Shown in pieces: positions 8,443-17,183 of a stretch of 64,000 nt of DNA. How positions within the stretch are numbered: the stretch's first letter is position 1; each line of letters starts with the position of its first letter. The notes under the pieces are model-generated. The model was not told the origin of the DNA and did not search any database. It worked only from the letters and a program-made list of their open reading frames with translations. Origin of the DNA: Actinomycetes bacterium (GTDB lineage: Bacteria > Actinomycetota > Acidimicrobiia > Spongiisociales > ZC4RG35). The position numbers were made by a program, and so were the translations under genes. The DNA is taken from the NCBI GenBank assembly GCA_003242515.2, contig QGUS02000002.1, positions 5,491 to 69,490 on the forward strand. Reading direction: 5' to 3'.

Positions 8443-8901
8443 ATGAGCACCGCAGTCGTCATCCTCTTCGGCCTGCTCGGCGGCCTCGCCGGGGCCATCC
8501 AGTCTCAGGCCCTCGGCTTCATGGAGGGCAAGGTGGGAACGCTCGCCTCCACCTTCGTCACCTACGGCCTGGGAGGCGCCGCGGTCGGCCTCGTCATGGT
8601 GGCCCTCGGCGGCGACAGGTGGTCGGAGCTGCGGTCGCTCCCCTGGTGGGTTTACACCGCCGGGATCCTCGGCCTGTTCGTGGTCGCCACCCTCGGGATG
8701 ACCACCGCCCGGCTCGGGCTGGGCGCGGGGCTGACGCTCTTCACCAGCGCCAACCTGGTGATCGCCGCGGTCATCGACCACTTCGGGTGGCTCTCCGCCG
8801 AGGTGAGGTCGCTCGACGTCCGCAGGGCGGCGGGCATCCTCCTGGTGGCGCTCGGCACGTGGCTCGTGGTCGGCGGGACCACCCCGTCGGCTACCAACTG
8901 A
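8443..8901 (+). CDS. DMT-superfamily small membrane protein (DUF606/YdcZ-like)
   Basis: ATG at 8443. 152 aa with about 5 TM helices (MSTAVVILFGLLGGLAGAIQSQ...). The upstream part of the track ORF overlaps mgs. Confidence 0.55.
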   Translation: MSTAVVILFGLLGGLAGAIQSQALGFMEGKVGTLASTFVTYGLGGAAVGLVMVALGGDRWSELRSLPWWVYTAGILGLFVVATLGMTTARLGLGAGLTLFTSANLVIAAVIDHFGWLSAEVRSLDVRRAAGILLVALGTWLVVGGTTPSATN

Positions 8902-8964
8902 GCCGACCCCGGCATGCCCCCGGCCGGCAGCGGGTAGATCCCGGGCCGAGACCGAGGAGGTCAC

Positions 8965-9216
8965 ATGCCGAAGGACCGGCCCACCATCGAAGACGACGAG
9001 CGCTACGAGGCCCTGCGGGAACAGGGGATGAGCAAGCGCAAGGCCGCCCGGATCGCCAACACCGACGCCACCGTCGCCGGGAGGCGCGGCGGCAAGGCGA
9101 AGCCCTACGAGGACTGGACCAAGGAGGAGCTCTACGCCAAGGCCCGCAAGGTCGGGATCGAGGGGCGCTCCTCGATGAACAAGGGCGAGCTCATCGCCGC
9201 ACTCCGGCAGGGCTGA
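8965..9216 (+). CDS. Small protein with a Rho-N/SAP-like C-terminal domain
   Basis: GAGGAGG sits 5 nt before the ATG. The C-terminus KEELYAKARKVGIEGRSSMNKGELIAALRQ fits the Rho termination factor N-terminal domain pattern. Confidence 0.65.
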   Translation: MPKDRPTIEDDERYEALREQGMSKRKAARIANTDATVAGRRGGKAKPYEDWTKEELYAKARKVGIEGRSSMNKGELIAALRQG

Positions 9217-9243
9217 CGGTTTCACTCTCCGCGGTCACGGGTA

Positions 9244-9732
9244 GTGATCGTCGTGAGTTCGAGTGAATCCGTCCCCCATGCACCCCACCAGGTGATCGCC
9301 GTGCTCGACGATCCCGCCGAGGCGCAGGCCATCATCGCCGACCTGGAGGACCGGGGGATACCCCCGCAGGCGATCTCCCTGATCGACCCTGCTTCCACCA
9401 TCGACGCTTCGACCGACGGTGCGATCGCCCCGACCGTCATGTTCGGGATGATCGCGGGCCTCCTCGCCGGCGGGATCCTCGGCCTGGCCGCCGACGCATG
9501 GATGGCCATGGACCTGAGCCGGCCGCTGGCCGTCACCCTGGGTGGTGTCGCAGGCGCTTCCATCGGGACCGTCGCCGGCGGGCTGCGGGCCAGGCTGGGC
9601 TCATCCTCCCGGGAGCGGCGCGAGACCCCCCTCGCCGTGGGCGTGCACCATCCCGACCCGACCGTCGTCGACTCGGCGGAGGACGTCATGGCCGCGCACC
9701 GGCCGATCCGCCTCCACCGTCAGGACCGCTGA
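9244..9732 (+). CDS. Hypothetical stress-type protein (YflT-like N-domain plus Gly-zipper membrane segment)
   Basis: High GC3. HQVIAVLDDPAEAQAIIADLEDRGIPPQAISLID resembles the YflT/general stress protein 17M domain. This is followed by the glycine-rich hydrophobic stretch MFGMIAGLLAGGILGLAADAW. The start is GTG 9244 or 9253. Confidence 0.45.
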   Translation: MIVVSSSESVPHAPHQVIAVLDDPAEAQAIIADLEDRGIPPQAISLIDPASTIDASTDGAIAPTVMFGMIAGLLAGGILGLAADAWMAMDLSRPLAVTLGGVAGASIGTVAGGLRARLGSSSRERRETPLAVGVHHPDPTVVDSAEDVMAAHRPIRLHRQDR

Positions 9733-10475
9733 GCCCTCACGGTCGCGTAGAGCATCCGCGCACCGATCACCAGCACGAACACCCCAAACAGCCGGGACAG
9801 GTTCGCCCCCGACAGCCGCAGGGCCAGGCTCGCCCCGATCGGAGAGCAGACCACCCCGGCTACCGCCATCACGGCGGCGTCGATGAGGCGCACCCTCCCG
9901 TGCTTGAGGTTGACGCGCGTCCCGGCCAGGGCCGTGAAGCCGATGGCGAGCAGGGAGGTCCCCTCGGCCGAGTGCTGGCTCATCCCGAGGAAGAACACCA
10001 TGGCCGGGACCATCACCACGCCGCCGCCGATCCCCGCCAGACCCGAGGCGATGCCGGCCACCATGCCGATCAGCAGGCCGATCAGGACGGCCAGAGGCCG
10101 CTGCGGCTGCATGCCGACCGAGGGCTCCCCGCCGATGGCCAGGGTGATGCCGGCGACGATGAGGATCACGATGAAGATCACCCGGAGTGTGCGGGCGGGG
10201 ATGCGGTTCATCCAGTTGGCCCCGAGCGTGGAGCCGATCATGCCGCCCGCCCCGAGCACGAGGCCTGCGACCGGGTCCACCTCACCCCCGATCCCGAACC
10301 GGACCACTGCGGCGATCGAGATGAGGATGATGGCGGCGAGCGAGGTGGCGTGGGAGCGGTGCTGGTCGAACCGGGCGAGGCCCGCGAGCAGCGGGACCAT
10401 GATGAACCCGCCGCCGACGCCGAAGAAGCCGCTGAACAGCCCGGCGATGGCGCCGATGAGCAGAAGCTTCCACAT
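9720..10475 (-). CDS. TauE/SafE-family sulfite/anion exporter
   Basis: ATG at 10475 (MWKLLLIGAIAGLFSGFFGVGGGFIMVP). A second GIGGGVVMVP repeat is typical of TauE/SafE. Confidence 0.8.
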   Translation of the reverse strand: MWKLLLIGAIAGLFSGFFGVGGGFIMVPLLAGLARFDQHRSHATSLAAIILISIAAVVRFGIGGEVDPVAGLVLGAGGMIGSTLGANWMNRIPARTLRVIFIVILIVAGITLAIGGEPSVGMQPQRPLAVLIGLLIGMVAGIASGLAGIGGGVVMVPAMVFFLGMSQHSAEGTSLLAIGFTALAGTRVNLKHGRVRLIDAAVMAVAGVVCSPIGASLALRLSGANLSRLFGVFVLVIGARMLYATVRAQRS

Positions 10476-10588
10476 GGAAGCACCCAGGCGGCTCTCTCCA
10501 GATCCGGTCAAGACGCCGCCAGCCTAGAGGCCCGGCGGGAAGCCCTTGTCATCTCCCTCCCCGAAGGCGTAGGTTCGCCGAGGTACCG

Positions 10589-11098
10589 ATGACCGAGAGC
10601 ACCGCACCACCCATCGTCACCGCCGACCGGCCGCTCCGGGGCGTGGGCCGCTGGCTGCGGCTGGTCGCCCTGTTCGGCTTCGTCCTTCCCTTCATGACGG
10701 TGTCCTGCATGGGCCAGGAGGTCGTGAAGCCGACGGGGATCGAGCTGGCGTTCGGCCTGGAGAGCGAGATCGCCCCCGAGTTCGCCGAGCTCGGGGAGAT
10801 GCCCGATGGCGACCGCCAGGTGGAGTCGGAGGTGCTCGCCGGCCTGGTCGTGCTCGTCGCCGCGGTCGTCGCCGGGTTCGCCGGGGCGCGCCGGCTGGCC
10901 ACCGTCCTGGGGGTGGGCGCCGGCGCGGTCCTCCTCTACTGGTGGAGCCAGACCACCTCCGACCTCCCCCGCGAAGCAGCCTTCCTCCTCGACGTCTCGG
11001 TGGGGCTGGGCCTGTGGATCGTCTGGCTGCTCATACTGGCGGCGACCACCATCGACATCGTCGACTACATGGGCGCGAGACGGGAGACACCGGCATGA
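10589..11098 (+). CDS. Hypothetical 4-TM membrane protein
   Basis: 169 aa with high GC3 and four hydrophobic helices. The stop overlaps the next gene's start (ATGA, 11095-11098). Confidence 0.5.
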   Translation: MTESTAPPIVTADRPLRGVGRWLRLVALFGFVLPFMTVSCMGQEVVKPTGIELAFGLESEIAPEFAELGEMPDGDRQVESEVLAGLVVLVAAVVAGFAGARRLATVLGVGAGAVLLYWWSQTTSDLPREAAFLLDVSVGLGLWIVWLLILAATTIDIVDYMGARRETPA

Positions 11099-11535
11099 AG
11101 GTGTGGACTATCGGCTTCACCAGGAAAGGAGCCGCCGAGTTCTTCGGCGCGCTCCGGGACGCCGGGATCAGACGGGTGCTCGACATCCGCCTCCAGAACA
11201 CGAGCCAGCTGGCCGGGTTCACCAAGAAGGACGACCTGGAATGGTTCCTCGCCGAGTTGATGGGGGCCGGGTACGTCCACGAGCCGCTGCTCGCGCCCGA
11301 CGAGGAGGCCTTCAGGCAGTACCGGGCGGGGGAGATCGACTGGAAGGGTTTCCGCAAGGCCTACATGAAGACGGCGGCCGAGCGGCAGATCGAGACGGCC
11401 ATCGACTGGCCGAAGCTCCTCCGCAAGCGCACGGTCCTCCTGTGCTCCGAGCCCGACGCCGAGCACTGCCACCGCCGCTTCATCGTCGACTACCTGGCGG
11501 CGAAGGGCCTCGACCTCGAGGTGGTGGACCTGTGA
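11095..11535 (+). CDS. DUF488-family protein
   Basis: MKVWTIGFTRKGAAEFF...VLDIRL...VLLCSEPDAEHCHRRFI matches the DUF488 pattern (TIGHS..., CAE..CHR). It has 4-nt overlaps on both sides. Confidence 0.7.
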   Translation: MKVWTIGFTRKGAAEFFGALRDAGIRRVLDIRLQNTSQLAGFTKKDDLEWFLAELMGAGYVHEPLLAPDEEAFRQYRAGEIDWKGFRKAYMKTAAERQIETAIDWPKLLRKRTVLLCSEPDAEHCHRRFIVDYLAAKGLDLEVVDL

Positions 11536-11975
11536 TCGCCGTCACCGTCGACACGGTCGTGTTCGTGCCGCGACCCGCCGGCGTCTCGGTCCTCCTCGTG
11601 GAGCGCCGCTTCCCGCCCTACCAGGGGGCGTGGGCGCTGCCCGGCGGATTCGTCGAAGAGGGCGAGGACCTGCCCGAAGCTGCGGCCCGGGAGCTGGCAG
11701 AGGAGACCGGGATCACGGGGCTGGACCTCCGCCAGCTCGGGGCGTACGGGACGCCGGGACGCGACCCGAGGGGCCACACGGTGTCGATCGTCTACTGGGC
11801 TATCGCCGACCCGTCGATCGCTCCCGAAGCGGGTGACGATGCGGCGAAGGCGTCACTGGTCCCGGTGGACGAAGCCCTGGCCGATCCCGGCCGGATGGCC
11901 TTCGACCACCACCGGATCCTCTCCGACGCCTACGCCGCCTGGACTCAGAACAGGAACGAAGCCAGCGCCCGGTAG
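11532..11975 (+). CDS. NUDIX hydrolase
   Basis: GTG at 11532 overlaps the DUF488 stop (GTGA). Nudix box GGFVEEGEDLPEAAARELAEETGI. Confidence 0.8.
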   Translation: MIAVTVDTVVFVPRPAGVSVLLVERRFPPYQGAWALPGGFVEEGEDLPEAAARELAEETGITGLDLRQLGAYGTPGRDPRGHTVSIVYWAIADPSIAPEAGDDAAKASLVPVDEALADPGRMAFDHHRILSDAYAAWTQNRNEASAR

Positions 11976-12748
11976 CCGGCGAGCGGGTCCTGGCCCAGCA
12001 CCTGGACGCACACGTGGTCGGCTCCGGCCCCTATGTGCCGGCTCAGGGCGGCGGCCACGGCGGCGGGGTGGCCGGTGAGCACCAGTGCCTCGATCAGCCT
12101 CTCGCTCCCCTCCAGGTCCGACTGGTCCCATCCCTCCCGCAGGAGGTTGGCGCGGTAGTTCCGGAGACGCAGGTACCGCTCCACGTTGGGGCGGGCCAGC
12201 CGCTCCCACTCCTCCCGGTCGAGGACGACCTTGTGCTCCGGGGCGAGGAAGGAGCCCGGCCCCATCACCTCTCGGGCCATCTTCGTGTGCGCCGGCGTCG
12301 TCAGGTAGGGGTGGGCGCCGTAGGTCCGCGTGGCCGCCAGCTTCAGAGCCCTGGGACCGAGGGCGGCCAGGATGATCCGGTCGGAGGGGACACCCTCCGC
12401 CTCCACGCGGTCGAGGTACTCGACCATGGTTTCGTAGGGGTTGCGGTACTCGGCGGTGGCCTCGGGGTGGCCGATGCCGAGGCCCAGGTAGAACCGGCCG
12501 GGGTGCCGCTCCTCGATCCGGTGATAGGAGCGCGCGACCTCCGCGGGGTCGGCCCTCCACATGTTCACGATGCCCGTCGCCACCGGGACGCGGCTGGTGG
12601 CCGCGATCAGGGCCTCGACGGCCTCGAGGTCTGCGGACGGCGAACCGCCCGCCCAGATCGCGCCGTAGCCCATGTCCTCGACGGCCGCGGCGTCTTCAGG
12701 AGTCCAGTCACCGATGCGGCGCCATGCGCCGTACTTTCCGAACGTCAC
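11945..12748 (-). CDS. LLM-class F420-dependent oxidoreductase
   Basis: 267 aa. MTFGKYGAWRR...GAIWAGGSP...YLGLGIGHPE is typical of the luciferase-like F420 family. Confidence 0.7.
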   Translation of the reverse strand: MTFGKYGAWRRIGDWTPEDAAAVEDMGYGAIWAGGSPSADLEAVEALIAATSRVPVATGIVNMWRADPAEVARSYHRIEERHPGRFYLGLGIGHPEATAEYRNPYETMVEYLDRVEAEGVPSDRIILAALGPRALKLAATRTYGAHPYLTTPAHTKMAREVMGPGSFLAPEHKVVLDREEWERLARPNVERYLRLRNYRANLLREGWDQSDLEGSERLIEALVLTGHPAAVAAALSRHIGAGADHVCVQVLGQDPLAGYRALASFLF

Positions 12749-12758
12749 GCGGCCGAGG

Positions 12759-13331
12759 CTACCGCCGTCCGTCGAGAACCTTCCAGGCCCCCGGGAGGAG
12801 CACGCCCGCGGCGACCGCCTTGACCAGGTCTCCCATCACGAAGGGCGCCACGCCCCTGGCGATGGCGTCCCCGGGGGTCATCCCCGTGGACGCCATCAGC
12901 CCCGTGACACCGAAGACGTAGATGACCGCGGAACCGGCGAGGAACGCCAGGGCCATGGAGCCGAAACGGCGGTCGTGCCCGCGCTCGGCGGCCCGGCCGA
13001 TCAGGGCCGCGGCGAAAGCGAACCCGACGATGTAGCCGCCCGTGGCCCCGGTCATGACCTCCCAGCCGGACCGCCCGTCGCTGAAGACGGGGGCGCCGGC
13101 GATCCCCGCGGCGACGTAGAGGAGCTGGCCGGCCGCGCCGAGCCTCCAGCCCAGGGCGGCGCCGGTGAGCAGGACCGCGAAGGTCTGGCCGGTGATCGGC
13201 ACGGGCGTGAAGCCGAGATGGATGCGCCCCTGGGCGGCCACCGCGGTGAGGGCGGCGGCCGCGACGACGAGGGCGACCGCGGCGAGACGGCTGGAACGGG
13301 CGATGCGATGGGTGATGACGGCTGTGGTCAT
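12759..13331 (-). CDS. bioY: Biotin transporter BioY
   Basis: PVPITGQTFAVLLTGAALG...AGIAGAPVF...TGATGGYIVGFAFAA is the BioY signature pattern. GAGGAGGA lies upstream of the ATG. Confidence 0.8.
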   Translation of the reverse strand: MTTAVITHRIARSSRLAAVALVVAAAALTAVAAQGRIHLGFTPVPITGQTFAVLLTGAALGWRLGAAGQLLYVAAGIAGAPVFSDGRSGWEVMTGATGGYIVGFAFAAALIGRAAERGHDRRFGSMALAFLAGSAVIYVFGVTGLMASTGMTPGDAIARGVAPFVMGDLVKAVAAGVLLPGAWKVLDGRR

Positions 13332-13373
13332 GACGTCCTCCTCTGGTGTCAGACCCGCGGAACGCCGCGGAAG

Positions 13374-14207
13374 TTAACCCGCCGCGATCAGCGCCAGGGC
13401 GACCAGGGTGAGGAACACCCCGGCCACCTGGACCGGGCGCAGGTGCTCCCGGTCCACGAAGCGTGCGATGGCGACGGTCACCGCGGGTGTCACGGACGCA
13501 GCCATGGAGACCGAGACCAGCGAGCCGACGCGGAGGCCCAGCAGGAGGGCGACGTTTCCGGCCACGTCGAGGAGGCCGTGCGCCGCCGCCAGGCCGAGCG
13601 GGATGTCACGGACCTTCCGCAGCTTCCACGCCCCGCCGAGCCCCAGGGCGAGCATCACGACGATCGTGGCGCCGCGGGCGGGTATCAGGGGGAGGAGGTT
13701 GGACGCCGCCCCGGTCCGGCTGATGATCACCGTGTAGCTGCCGAACAGGATCCCGGCGACCACCCCGTACCAGGCGCCGCCACCCTTGACGGTGTCGGTG
13801 GTGGAGGGCCCCCAGGAGCACATTACGATCGCGGGTATCGCCAGGGCGACGCCCGTCCAGGCCAGCAGCGAAGGCCGCTCCCCGAGGACGACCCCGGAGA
13901 CCACGGGGACCACCGCCCCGACCGCGGCTGCCACGGGCGCCACGCTGGCGGCCCGGCCCCGCGCCAGGCCGGCGAAGAGGAGGGCGAGGCCGATGGCCCC
14001 GCACGATCCGGAGATCGCTCCGTAGCTCCAATCGGTGGCGGTGGCCTCGCCGCCGACGACGAGTGCGGTGATGGCGATCAGGGGCAGGGCCACGACGCCG
14101 GCGATCAGAACCACGCCGGGAGCCGGGCCGGAGCGCGAGGCCCTGCCGCCGACGTAGTCGCCGACTCCATAGAGGAGGGAGGTGAGCCCTCCGAAGAGGA
14201 CGCCCAC
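13374..14207 (-). CDS. EamA/DMT-family transporter
   Basis: 277 aa, 10-TM-like. The GTG start overlaps the HIT gene stop by 1 nt. Confidence 0.7.
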   Translation of the reverse strand: MGVLFGGLTSLLYGVGDYVGGRASRSGPAPGVVLIAGVVALPLIAITALVVGGEATATDWSYGAISGSCGAIGLALLFAGLARGRAASVAPVAAAVGAVVPVVSGVVLGERPSLLAWTGVALAIPAIVMCSWGPSTTDTVKGGGAWYGVVAGILFGSYTVIISRTGAASNLLPLIPARGATIVVMLALGLGGAWKLRKVRDIPLGLAAAHGLLDVAGNVALLLGLRVGSLVSVSMAASVTPAVTVAIARFVDREHLRPVQVAGVFLTLVALALIAAG

Positions 14208-14626
14208 TACGCGCTGACGCCCTTCGCGCCCCGCTTCGTGAGGGCCTCACGGATGCGCGCCGCCTCGGACTCGAGGTCGTCCCTCTCGGCGGGACGCGCA
14301 TTGGAGAAGTCCATGTCGTGGACGTCGTCGATCGGGAGGAGGTGGATGTGGAGGTGCGGCACCTCGAGCCCGGCGATCATCAGCCCGACCTTGGCCGGCT
14401 CGTAGACGTCCTGGAGGGCGTGCCCGATCTCGGCCGCCACGGCCATCATGTGGTCTCTGAGGTCGGCGGGACAGTCGAGCCAGTGGTCGACCTCCTCGCG
14501 CGGCACGACCAGCACGTGGCCGGGGCGGAGGGGCGCGATGGAGAGGAACGCCACCGCACGGTCGTCCTTCCAGACGAAGGTGCCCGGCAGCTCCCCTTCG
14601 ATGATCCTGGTGAAGACGGAAGCCAT
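14207..14626 (-). CDS. HIT-family (histidine triad) protein
   Basis: ATG at 14626 (MASVFTRIIEGELP). Histidine triad HLHIHLLP. The rest of the 306-aa track ORF is a 5' over-extension. Confidence 0.85.
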   Translation of the reverse strand: MASVFTRIIEGELPGTFVWKDDRAVAFLSIAPLRPGHVLVVPREEVDHWLDCPADLRDHMMAVAAEIGHALQDVYEPAKVGLMIAGLEVPHLHIHLLPIDDVHDMDFSNARPAERDDLESEAARIREALTKRGAKGVSA

Positions 14627-14661
14627 CGGCGCCAGATTATCCCCCGACCCGGTGAGCGGGA

Positions 14662-15846
14662 TCAGCCCCTGACGGCGACGACCCGGTAGAGGGCCCGGTC
14701 GGTGGTGACGTACATCTCCCCCGCCCCGTCGACACCGAACCCGCTGACACCGCCGTCCGCCCGCCCCACCTGCGGCGTCCAGTCGGTGGCGTCGACGGCC
14801 TGGCCGCCGTCGTACCGGAAGCTGCGCAGGTAGCCGGCGCAGAAGTCGGAGTAGAAGAAGTGACCGTCGATCTCGGGGATCGCGGATCCCCGGTAGACCA
14901 CTCCACCGGTGATGGAGCAGGTTCCGGCGTCGCCGTGCTCCACCTCGACGACCGGCATGACGAACCCGTCGGACGGGCAGGAAGACGACGCGTAGCAGTG
15001 CATCCCCTCCATGACCGGCCAGCCGAAGTTGAGCCCGGGCTCCAGCCGCGCCACGTCGATCTCCTCGTAGCGGTTCTGACCGACGTCGGCGATGTAGATG
15101 AGGTCTCCGTCGATCCAAAACCGCCACGGGTTGCGCAGCCCCATGGCGTAGAGGCTGGCGTCGCCCGTGGCGACGTCGATGGCCACCAGCCCTCCGAGCA
15201 GGGTGTCCGGGTTCTGGCCGTTCCGGTAGCGGTCACCCGACCCCCCGCCGTCACCGAGGCCGAGGATGAGCGTGCCGTCCGGGGCGAAGGCGAGCATCCC
15301 GCCGTTGTGGTTGGACGCGGGCTGGGGCACCTCGAGGAGGCCACGCTCCGACCCGGGGTCGGCCGAGGTCGGCGTTTCGAACACGAACTCCGACACCACG
15401 GTCCGCCCGTCCCCGCCCGAGTAGTGGAGGTAGAAGCGGGTCTCGTCCTCGGGGTGGAGCGCCATGGCGAGGAGACCCTGCTCCCCCCGGTTGCGGATCT
15501 TCCGGGAGATGTCGATCACGGGATCGTCGGCGACGGTGCCGGCCTCCGGGTCCAGGGCCATCACCCGCCCCTCCTTGAGGACGACGTAGGCGATGCCGGC
15601 GCCGGGCCGGGCGACCACCTGGACCGGGAACTCGAGACGGGCGATCTCCTCGTAGGCCAGGGACTGCAGGGGGGCTGCGGGCGGGGTGCTGGTCGTCGCC
15701 CCCGTCGCCGGAGGGGTGCTGGTCGGAGCCGGCGGCGCCGTGGTGACCGAGGTGACCGGGGGGACGGTCGTGGTCGTCGTGTCCGGATCGGCGGAGCAGG
15801 CGGTGACCGCGAGCGCGACGAGGAGGATGAGCCCGGTACGCCTCAT
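14662..15846 (-). CDS. PQQ-dependent sugar (glucose/sorbosone) dehydrogenase-like lipoprotein
   Basis: Lipobox LAVTAC, then a Thr/Pro linker. EQGLLAMALHP, HNGGMLAFAPDG, GLRNPWRF and GWP motifs of soluble aldose dehydrogenases. Confidence 0.8.
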   Translation of the reverse strand: MRRTGLILLVALAVTACSADPDTTTTTVPPVTSVTTAPPAPTSTPPATGATTSTPPAAPLQSLAYEEIARLEFPVQVVARPGAGIAYVVLKEGRVMALDPEAGTVADDPVIDISRKIRNRGEQGLLAMALHPEDETRFYLHYSGGDGRTVVSEFVFETPTSADPGSERGLLEVPQPASNHNGGMLAFAPDGTLILGLGDGGGSGDRYRNGQNPDTLLGGLVAIDVATGDASLYAMGLRNPWRFWIDGDLIYIADVGQNRYEEIDVARLEPGLNFGWPVMEGMHCYASSSCPSDGFVMPVVEVEHGDAGTCSITGGVVYRGSAIPEIDGHFFYSDFCAGYLRSFRYDGGQAVDATDWTPQVGRADGGVSGFGVDGAGEMYVTTDRALYRVVAVRG

Positions 15847-15899
15847 CCCCGCAATCTACCCGGGGGCGCCTGGTCCCAACCGGGCTTAGGCTGGCGCCG

Positions 15900-16676
15900 A
15901 TGCCTCCCCTCCGCTGCCTCGCGCTCCTGGTGATCCTGGCCGCGTGCACCCCGACGGCGGCGCCCACCACCACGACGGGCCATACCCCCGGCACCGTCCA
16001 GGTCCGGGTGGACCGGGTCATCGACGGCGACACCTTCGAGGCGGGCGGTGACCGCTACCGCCTCGAGGGGATCAACGCCCCGGACATGGGCGAGTGCGCC
16101 TACGAGGAGGCGCGGGACCGCCTCGCGGAGGCCATCGAGGGCGCCACGATCGGGATCGTCCCCACCGGGACCGACCAGTTCGGCCGGACCCTCGCCGTCG
16201 TCGAGAGCCCGACCCGGGCGAACCTCGACCTCGTAGCCTCCGGCCTCGCCATCGCCACCACGGCCGATGGCGGCGTCCCGTCCGAGTTGCTGTCCGCAGA
16301 AGAGGAGGCCCGGGACGCCGGTCTGGGCATGTGGGGCGACTGCGGGGCGACCGGGGAGATCCCGCCCGTGTCGATCATCGGCGTCGACGCGAATCCGCCC
16401 GGCCCCGACGAGGACGCCCTCGATGGAGAGACCGTGACCATCCGCAACGACGGCGGCTCCCCCGTCGATCTCTCGGGCTGGATGCTCCGGGACGAGTCGT
16501 CCGTCCATCGCTTCACCTTCCCCGAGGGGACGGTCCTCGCGCCCGGCGAGAGCATCACCGTCACCTCCGCCGACCGGGGGTGGAGCCCGGGCGACAGCCC
16601 CGTCTGGAACAACGGCGGCGACATGGCGCTCCTGCTCGACGGGGACGGCCGGGTCGTCGACCGGTTTCGGTACTAG
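15900..16676 (+). CDS. Secreted lipoprotein: thermonuclease (SNase) domain fused to a lamin-tail domain
   Basis: Lipobox ILAAC. SNase block VIDGDTFEAGGDRYRLEGINAPD...FGRTLA. LTD block NPPGPDEDALDGETVTIRNDGGSPVDLSGWMLRD...FTFPEGTVLAPGESITV. Confidence 0.75.
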   Translation: MPPLRCLALLVILAACTPTAAPTTTTGHTPGTVQVRVDRVIDGDTFEAGGDRYRLEGINAPDMGECAYEEARDRLAEAIEGATIGIVPTGTDQFGRTLAVVESPTRANLDLVASGLAIATTADGGVPSELLSAEEEARDAGLGMWGDCGATGEIPPVSIIGVDANPPGPDEDALDGETVTIRNDGGSPVDLSGWMLRDESSVHRFTFPEGTVLAPGESITVTSADRGWSPGDSPVWNNGGDMALLLDGDGRVVDRFRY

Positions 16677-16724
16677 GCCCGCCGGCGACGGCATTAGGCT
16701 CCGGCCACGGGAGAAAGGACAGCG

Positions 16725-17183
16725 ATGGGCTTCATGGACACCCTGAAGAAGTGGTTCGGCCAGGCCAAGGAGACCGCGGAGAAGGCCGCACCGTACGTGG
16801 AGAAGGCCAAGGAGGCCGCCTCCGAGGCGGCCGGGAAGGCGAAGGAAGTCGCCGAGGACGTGGCCGAGAAGGCCGCACCCTACGTCGAGAAGGCCAAGGA
16901 GGCCGCGTCCGACGTGGCCGAGAAGGCCAAGGAGGTCGCCTCCGACGTGGCCGAGAAGGCCGCACCGTATGTCGAGAAGGCCAAGGAAGCGGCCGGTGAC
17001 GTCGTCGAGACCGTCAAGGAGAAGATCGAAGATGTCAAGGAGTCCGTGATCGACAAGGCGGACGACGCGGACGACGCCGCCGACACGGCCGCCGAGGCCG
17101 CGGGCGACGCTGCCGAAGCCACAGAGGAAGCCGTCGCAGAGGTTGCCGACGCCGCCGAGGAAGCGGCCGGCGAAGAGGGTTGA
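16725..17183 (+). CDS. LEA-like / apolipoprotein-like amphipathic repeat protein
   Basis: 152 aa made almost only of A/E/K/V/D. Contains three 29-aa repeats AEKAAPYVEKAKEAAS(E/D)... and an acidic tail. GGAGAAAGGA lies upstream of the ATG. Confidence 0.6.
   Translation: MGFMDTLKKWFGQAKETAEKAAPYVEKAKEAASEAAGKAKEVAEDVAEKAAPYVEKAKEAASDVAEKAKEVASDVAEKAAPYVEKAKEAAGDVVETVKEKIEDVKESVIDKADDADDAADTAAEAAGDAAEATEEAVAEVADAAEEAAGEEG
16776..17036 (+). repeat. 3 x 87-nt in-frame tandem repeat inside the LEA-like gene
   Basis: Units start at 16776, 16863 and 16950 (gc[gc]gagaaggccgcacc[gc]ta[ct]gt[gc]gagaaggccaaggag...). Copies differ mostly at third positions. Confidence 0.85.
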
